From NCBI RefSeq assembly GCF_009914755.1, contig NC_060942.1: a stretch of 64,000 bases of DNA; one strand, 5' to 3'. Origin of the DNA: the human T2T-CHM13v2.0 reference genome, Homo sapiens. Below, piece by piece: positions 56,760-64,000 of the stretch (position 1 is its first letter; each line of letters starts with the position of its first letter). Position numbers and translations under genes: made by a program. Under the pieces are notes generated by a model. It was not told the DNA's origin, searched no databases, and saw only the letters and a program-made list of their open reading frames with translations.

Positions 56760-57469
56760 GAGTAAATAACTTACTGTACTGTTTTGCAACACCTTAGCCC
56801 TACAGTCTAATCATTTACACAAAGCATTTTTCTAGAGATTCCACTCTGAATGTTCATCATGGCATAGAAACACAACACTTTGCAACTGATCTCCTAATCC
56901 AATTAAATGTTTGTATCTTATTTGGTCATTTGCCAAAACTTGTTGACTATGTGCTGCACACGTTTCTATTTCTACCGTGGTAACCTTAAAACACCAAGGA
57001 TAACCAGCGGATTCTTAATTAATGACCTCCTCTGACTCCAGTGATCTGTCCAGGGTCATGTCCCACAGATGTCAACCAAGACAGCACTCCTGCCAGACCC
57101 ATCTGGCTTTATTTCCAGGCAATTTCCTTTTTTGACTTCCCATATGTTTGCTTCTTGTCTTTCTGGTCTTTGCTTTCTGTTCCCAGTCTCTCTAACTCAC
57201 TGTTTCAGCACACACCGACTTTCTCTTAAAACATCCCTAAAGTGATGGCTGTTTCTCATCATTTGTCCACGCAGTTAACTCAGAACTCAGGGACACTGAC
57301 CCAGGCCTCCACTGGCTTCAAAACAAAGAGTTTGCCCAAGGTCCTCAAGGAAATTATTAATGCTCAGCTCTAATAAAATGACCATGCTCCCACCCCCTTC
57401 CCACACACCGTCTCATTAGCAGGGTTTATTTTTATGGGTAGTACTGTGAATCCACTAGGTAGAAGCAGG

Positions 57470-58110
57470 TCCTCTCGACGATCCCCTGACGACAGCCCTT
57501 GCAGACACGGCTATGCCCAGGCCCATCGCCTGGATCCTGAGCGCGTCTGGCTCTCCACGCCAACCCATTCTGCCCGCTGACTGCTTGAGTCCTAAGCCCG
57601 ACGACCCTGCCCCAGACCCTGGAGACGCTGGACGCTGGCTCACCTGGATCCCACTCAGACCCGGGCGCGGGCTCACCTGGTCCCCCGCGGGCTTGGGCGT
57701 ACGCTCATCTGGATCCCACTGGGACCCGGGCGCAGCCTCACCTGGTCCCCCGAGTTCCCGGGCGCGGCCACACTGGGTCCCCCTCCTGCTCGCGCCGCCC
57801 TGGGCGCCCCGGAGGAAGCTCTGTGCGGCTGCAACCCTGAGTCCCAGGCGGAGCGGTCAGCGGAGAGTTCCAGCCAACTTATTCCGTGCGCCTCGAAAGG
57901 GAGGGTTGCTGGGCGTATAGATATTCTATTTCGCGGGGCCTTTGCGCTCCGAGTGGCCCCTCTAGGCCAGTTCCTCCGAACGCTAATCGGGGGCTCCGCG
58001 CTCTCCCCTCGCTTCCCTTTGCTTGGGGAATTGGCAGCGGGGCGCAGGGATCCATCGGAAACGCAAAACTACTTTTTCCCCCTGCTGGTCACTGTGAGGA
58101 ACTGCACGTG
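57470..58110. promoter_or_regulatory. CpG island, probable (bidirectional) promoter
   Basis: GC-rich non-repeat stretch dense in CpG; minus-strand donors CCAG|GTGAG at 57638-57745, plus-strand donor-like CCT|GTAAGT at ~58124, E2F-like TTTCGCGG 57929-57936, CACGTG 58105-58110. Confidence 0.85.
57638..57785 (+). repeat. ~32.5-bp GC-rich tandem repeat (about 4.5 copies, 65-bp dimer)
   Basis: (G/C)CTCA(C/T)CTGG recurs at 57638, 57671, 57703, 57736 and degenerate at 57768. Confidence 0.85.
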
Positions 58111-58435
58111 GTGGAACTAACCTGTAAGTAAGGATTCCTTCCCTCTAAGGAGAGAAGCTTGGGGTCTTTCCTCCCCCATCAAAGGCTTCGAAAACTCCCC
58201 CTTTTATTCCGTTTCTTTTATTTCAACTGTCACATTAAGAGATAGCAACTCATTTTTAGGCTTCAGATTAATGAGAATAAGTAAAATTAAAACATCCCAC
58301 TAGAGCGTTTAAAATTTTTTTTCTCTTTTTAAATTATGGAAAATTGCAAACGTGAAAGTAGGCAGAAGAGTATAATGAGGTTCCAGCTTTTGGTAACGGT
58401 GGACTAATCTTCTTGCAGATAAAAGTTATACAATC

Positions 58436-58661
58436 TGGCTGGGCTCCGTGGCTTACTCCTGTAATCCCAGCACTTAGGAAGGCCAAGGCAGGCGAATCAC
58501 TTAAGGTCAAGAGTTTGAGACTAGTCTGGTCAACATGGTGAAACCCCGTCTCTACTAGAAATACCAAACAAGAGAAAAAAATTAGGTGGGCGAGGTGGTG
58601 CACCACCTGGGCGACAGAGTAAGACTCTGTCTCAAAAAAAATAAATAAAATAAAATAAAAA
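58436..58661 (+). mobile_element. Alu with internal deletion in the right arm
   Basis: Left arm intact, GTGCACCACCTGGGCGACAGAG junction; TSD AAAA(G)TTATACAATCT. Confidence 0.88.
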
Positions 58662-58911
58662 TTATACAATCTGAGCAAAGCATTTTTAAAATAATGTGTG
58701 AAGGTATTAGAGATTGATCAAAAGAAGGCAGAAACTGTAGGAAAACCACCCTTGAAAAATGAATGAAAATTGTTGGGATTTGTGAGTTTATGGCTTTTGA
58801 CATGAGGGCAACCCCCAATCAGTGAGCAGCTCCAGCTGCAGAGAGCCATCGCTTGATTGACTTGAAGTGGACAGAAAACAGAGTTTGAGACTAGTAGAAT
58901 TGGAAAATTGG

Positions 58912-59233
<322 letters not shown>

Positions 59234-59262
59234 CTAGAAGGGAAGAATATATAGAGAAGTAT

Positions 59263-59837
59263 GTGTCATGTTAGTTTTCTCTTGGCGCCATAACAAATTA
59301 ACCACAGCTTAATAGCTTAAAACAACACAAATTTATTACGTTACACTTCTGGAGGTACAGGGCTCATTGGGCCAAAATCAGGGTGTTGACAGGCTGTGTT
59401 CTCTATAGAGGCTGCAGAGGAGAATCGATTTCCTGCTCACTCGGGTAAGACTGAGTTCCCTGATTTCTTGCTGGCCGTGAGGTGAGGGTCATTCCAGCTT
59501 CTAGAGGCCCATGCTGCATTCCTTGGCTTGGGACCTCCTTCCTCCATCTTCAAAACCAAAGCCGGGAACTATCAGTCAAGTTCCTCTCACACTTCAAATC
59601 TGTCCTCTTCCTCCCATCTCATCTCTCTGACCCAGCCTGGAAAAGTTCTCCCCTTTTAAGGATTTGTGTGATTAGATTGGGCCCACCTAGATTATCCAGG
59701 ATAGGATAATCTTCCCCATTTTAAGTCAGTAACCTTAATCACATCTGCAAAATCTCTTTTGCCATGTAAGGTAACGTATTCATAGGTGCCAGGGAATAGG
59801 ACGTGGACATCCTCAGGTAGCCATTAAGCTGCCTACC
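59263..59837 (-). mobile_element. MLT1 (D/E-like) MaLR LTR
   Basis: GTTAGTTTTCT..CCATAACAAATT..GCTTAAAACAACACAAATTTATT...CTTAATCACATCTGCAAAATC..TTTGCCATGTAAGGTAAC. Confidence 0.8.
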
Positions 59838-59899
59838 AGAATCTACCCTCTGATCCCTCAAATATGTCGCAGCTTAACATCAATAACTATATTAAATAT

Positions 59900-60330
59900 A
59901 GCCAGGTGTGGTGACCTGTAATCCCAGCACTTTGGGAGGCCGGGGTGGGTGGATCGATTGAGCTCAGGAGTTCAAAACCAGCCTGGCCAACATGGTGAAA
60001 ACCCGTCTCTACCAAAAATACAAAAAATTAGGCCAGGCACAGTGGCTCATGCCTGTAATCCTAACACTTTGGGAGGCCAAGGCACGTGGATCACTTGAGG
60101 CCAGGAGTTCGAGACCAGCCTGGCCAACATGGTGAAACATCATCTCCACTAAAAATACAAAAAGTAGCCGGGCGTGGTGGCACACACCTGTAATCCCAGA
60201 TGCTCGAGAGGCTGAGGCAGGAGAACCACTTGAACCCAGGAGGGGGAGGTTGCAGTGAGCCAAGATCATGCCACTGCACTCCCACCTGGGGGATAGAGCA
60301 AGACTCTGTCTTCAAAATAAATAAATAAAA
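59900..60330 (+). mobile_element. Alu left monomer (59900-60030) fused to a full Alu (60031-60330)
   Basis: Two consecutive left arms then a right arm and A tail. Confidence 0.88.
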
Positions 60331-60334
60331 GGAC

Positions 60335-63005
60335 TATATTAAACATAAATACACTAAACATGCTAATAAAAAGACAGAGATTGTCAGACTGGATTTAAAA
60401 CAAACCAAAAACAAGACCTGGTTGTATATTATCCACAAAAGATGACTCTTAACTGCAAAAACATAAATAGGTTGAAAGTAAAAGAATAGAAAAGGATACA
60501 CTGTGTAAAAAGAAAGAATAAGAAACCTGAGGTGGCCAACAAGCATACAAAAAGATAATCAACATCACTAATCATAAAAGAAATGCAAGTCAAAATCACA
60601 ATGAGATATCACTGCATACCCACAAGAAGCGCCATCATCAAAAGAACAGAAAATAACAAGTGTTGGCAAGGGTGTGGAAAAATTGGAACCCTTGTGCACT
60701 GCTGGTGGGAATGTAAAATGCTGCAGCCATTACGGAAAACAGTATAGAGGTTTCTCCAAAAATTGAAAATAGAATTACCACATGACCCAGCAAACCCCAC
60801 TTCTGGGTATGTATCCAAAAAACGTCAAAGCAGGATCTCAAAGTGATATTTACATATCCATTTGTCCATTGCAGCATTATTCAAAATATGCAAGAGGTGG
60901 AAGCAACCCAAATGTCCATCAACAGATCAATGGCTAAAGAAAATGTGGTACACATACAGTGGAATGTTATGTAGCCTTTAAAAAGTAAAAAATCCAGCCG
61001 GGCACGGTGACTCATGCCTGTAATCCCAGCACTTTGGGAGGCCAAGGCAGGTGGATGGCCTGAGGTCAGGAGTTCGAGAGCAGCCTGGTCAACACGGCGA
61101 AACCTCATCTCCACAAAAAATACAAAAAAAAAATTAGCTGGGCGCGGTGGCGTGCACCTGTAGTCCCAGCAACTCGGGAGGCTGAGGCAGGAGAATCGCA
61201 ACTCCACTCCAGCATGGGTGATAGAGTGAGACTCTGTCTCAAAAAAAAAAAAAAATAGTAGAAAATCCTGTTGTCACTACACTATGGACGAAACTTGAGA
61301 ATATTATGCTAAGTGAAATAAGCCAGTCACTAAAGGACAAATACTGTATGATTCCACTCATTTGAAGTATCTAAAGTGGTCAAAAATCATAGAAACAGAA
61401 AGTAGAAAGGTGGTTGCCAAAGGCTGGGGGGAGGAGAGGAGGAATTAGTGTTTAACAGGTGTTGAGTTTCATTTTTGCAAGATGAAAAAGTATTAGAGAA
61501 CTGTTGGACAACAATGTGAATAAACTTAACACTACTGAACTATACAGCTAAAAATGGTTAGTATAATAAATTTAATGTTATGTATTTTTAAAATACAATT
61601 TTTTATTCTTAATCTTTGTGAGTAGTGTTATGTGTTTTTAATAATAAAAGAAATCTGAAGTGACTATATGTTTATGCAACTAAAATCAGAGTTTAAAAAT
61701 AACAAGCAAAATTAGCAGGACTAAAGAGAGAAATAAACAAATCCATACTCGTAATGAAAGATTTTGATACCCTGCTCTTGAAAAGTGATAGAATAACTAG
61801 ACCAAAAAAAAAAACCCAGTAAATATATACAATATCTTTTAAAAGCACTATAGATCAGGGATTGTTGAATTATGGTATATGAGACAAATCTCAAAAATAA
61901 AATTTTAGGCTGGGCGTGGTGGCTCACACCTGTAATCTCAGCACTTTGGGAGGCCAAGGCAGGTGGATCATGAGGTCAGGAGTTTGAGACCAGCCTGAAC
62001 AACATGGTGAAATGCTGTCTCTACTAAAAATACAAAAATTAGCTGGGTGTGGTGGCACGCACCTGTAATCCCAGCTACTCAGGAGGCTGAGGCAGGAGAA
62101 TTGCTTGAACCCAGGAGGCGGAGGTTGCAGTGAGCCAAGATCGCGTCACTGCACTCCAGCCTGGGCAAGACAGCAAGACTCCGTCTCAAAAAAAAAATTA
62201 GAAAACAGCCACCCCTATTCATTTATGTATTGTCTATGGTTGTTTATAGCAGCTTTTGCAGAATTGAGATGCAAAAGAGATCATATGGCTCACAAAGCTT
62301 GAACTGTCTATTATCTGGCCCTTCATGGGAAGAGTTTGCTAAACTCTACTATAGGCCATCTAAACATAATTGACATTTATAGAACACTATACCCAATGAT
62401 AGCAGAATATACATTCTTTCCAATTGCACATGGTACGTTCACTAAAAGAGACCAAAATTGGCCATAAAATATCTCTCAGTATACTTCAAAAGATTGAAAT
62501 CTTACAGTGTATGTTCTTTAACCATAAAGGAATTAAAATAGAGATCAATAAATATATCTAGAAAAGCCACAGATATTTAGAAATTAAACTACACACTTCT
62601 AAGTAATATATGGGTCAAATAAGATATCTGGGTTAGAAAATATTTCAAACTGAATGATAATAAAAAGTAGCAGACTAAAGTTTAGGTGCTGCAACTATAC
62701 CAGTGTTTAGAGGTCAATGTGCAGCTTTAAAAATTATATTAGAAAGGGAGAGAGTCTTAAAATCAATGAGCCAAATTCCACTTTAAGAGCCCAGGAAAAG
62801 CAGAGCAAACTAAACACAAAGTAAGTAGAAGGAAAGAAAGAATAAAGATCCATGTAGAAATTGATAAAATTGAAAATAGAAAAACAATAGAGAAAATTAA
62901 CAAAGCAAAAAGCAAGTCTTTTAAAAGATTAATAAAATTGAAGTTTCACACAAGACTAATCAAGAAGAAAAGATACAAAACAAAATTTACCAATAACAGG
63001 AATTA
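60335..63005 (+). mobile_element. Old L1M fragments with Alus at 60996-61255 (internally deleted) and 61907-62197, and a MER58-like piece ~62200-62350
   Basis: GAAATGCAAGTCAAAATCACAATGAGATATCAC, GCTAAGTGAAATAAGCCAGTCAC, GACATTTATAGAACACT..CCCAA..GCAGAATATACATTCTTT; MER58 text CATTTATGTATTGTCTATGG..TTATCTGGCCCTT. Confidence 0.75.
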
Positions 63006-63014
63006 GGTATATCA

Positions 63015-63980
63015 TGTTATTATTTGTTTCCTGTCTGTTCCTTTTGCTTTTTATCCCTAATTTTCCCTTTCCAGCATTGTTTTTAGTTAAGTGAGCATTT
63101 TTTAGTATTTCATTTTCATTTTCATTTTATTTTATTATTTATAAATTATACATATATAATTTATTTAATTTTATTTAATTTCATTTTAATTTTCTACTGT
63201 GATTTTGACTATATCTCTTGGTATAGGTTTTTAAATGCCTTCTCTAGGGATTACAGTATACAGAACAGTGTCACAATCTATCTGGAATCAATATTTTACC
63301 ACTCCAACTGGAAGGTGGAAATCTTACCACTATGTTAACTCATTCACCCTCCCCTTTTATGTTATGGTATCTACATATTACATCTATATGCATTAAAATC
63401 TTATAAGGTAATGCTACAATTTGTGCTTTCAACTGTCAAATATACTTTAAACATCTCAGGAGAAGAATAGTTATTATATTACCAGAATTTTATCATCTGT
63501 TACTCTTCCTTCATTCCTGATATTCCAAGTTTCTTTCTGGTATCATTTCCTTTCTATCTGAAAAACTTCCTTTATTAATTGAACAGGTTTACTGGCAACT
63601 AACTGCACATGACACATTCACCAAAAATAATTTTCTTTTATCTGAGAATGTCTCCATGTCATCTTCATTCACAAAATATATTTTCACTGGATATAGAATT
63701 CTGCATTGACAGTTCTTTTCTTTTAGCACTTTAAAAATGTGTCACTTCTTTCTTGCCTCCATGGTTTCTGATAACAAACACAGTCATTTAAATCTTCATC
63801 CCCCTTACAGGTAATGCATAGGCTTCCTCGGGCTGCCTTCAAAATTGTTCTTTGTCTGTAGTTTCTAGTAATTGGATTATGATGTTTCTGGGCACAAATT
63901 TCTTTTGTTTATCCTTTTGGGGCTCGCTAAGGTTCTTGAATCTGTAGGTTTATGTCTTTCACCAAACTCTGGAAATTATT
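63015..63980 (-). mobile_element. Old L1M fragment (ORF1/inter-ORF region), antisense
   Basis: TATTTTCACTGGATATAGAATTCTG..TTGACAG, TGCCTCCATGGTTTCTGAT, GATTATGATGT. Confidence 0.75.
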
Positions 63981-64000
63981 ATTATTATATTATTATTTTG

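Noticed and set aside
57638-57785. Regularly spaced repeats as a CRISPR-like array
   Set aside because: Intervening sequences are themselves related (tandem repeat), context is primate DNA, no cas genes
57513-57920. 135-aa ORF in the CpG island
   Set aside because: Low-complexity Pro/Ala/Gly/Arg frame expected from GC-rich DNA; no domain recognised

Overview
Primate (very probably human) non-coding genomic DNA, roughly half or more transposon-derived: one full-length, TSD-flanked but ORF-disrupted L1PA4-like element (4995-11148), a 5'-truncated inverted L1PA copy 2.5 kb away, many old L1M/L2/MIR fragments, about 27 Alu/FLAM/FRAM elements, several solo LTRs (MLT2, MST, MLT1, MER4, MER50, LTR16, LTR41) and DNA-transposon MITEs (MER44, Tigger4, MER63, MER103, MER58). 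I see no intact protein-coding gene; nearly all ORFs in the track are repeat-derived. A CpG-island promoter at ~57.45-58.1 kb plus a series of well-formed minus-strand splice sites suggests a spliced minus-strand non-coding transcript. The most interesting candidate is a heavily decayed, frameshifted claudin-like reading frame on the minus strand (~50.6-52.7 kb), split by an old L1 and a FLAM and lying just downstream of that promoter, i.e. a possible unannotated lost claudin gene whose promoter survives as a lncRNA. Other points of note are probable gene conversion between the inverted L1s, a tandem array of splice donors in the CpG island, two local templated duplications and a divergent pair of CTCF-like motifs. 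Repeat subfamily names come from recalled consensus sequences; boundaries of old repeats are approximate. I could not identify the locus by name.
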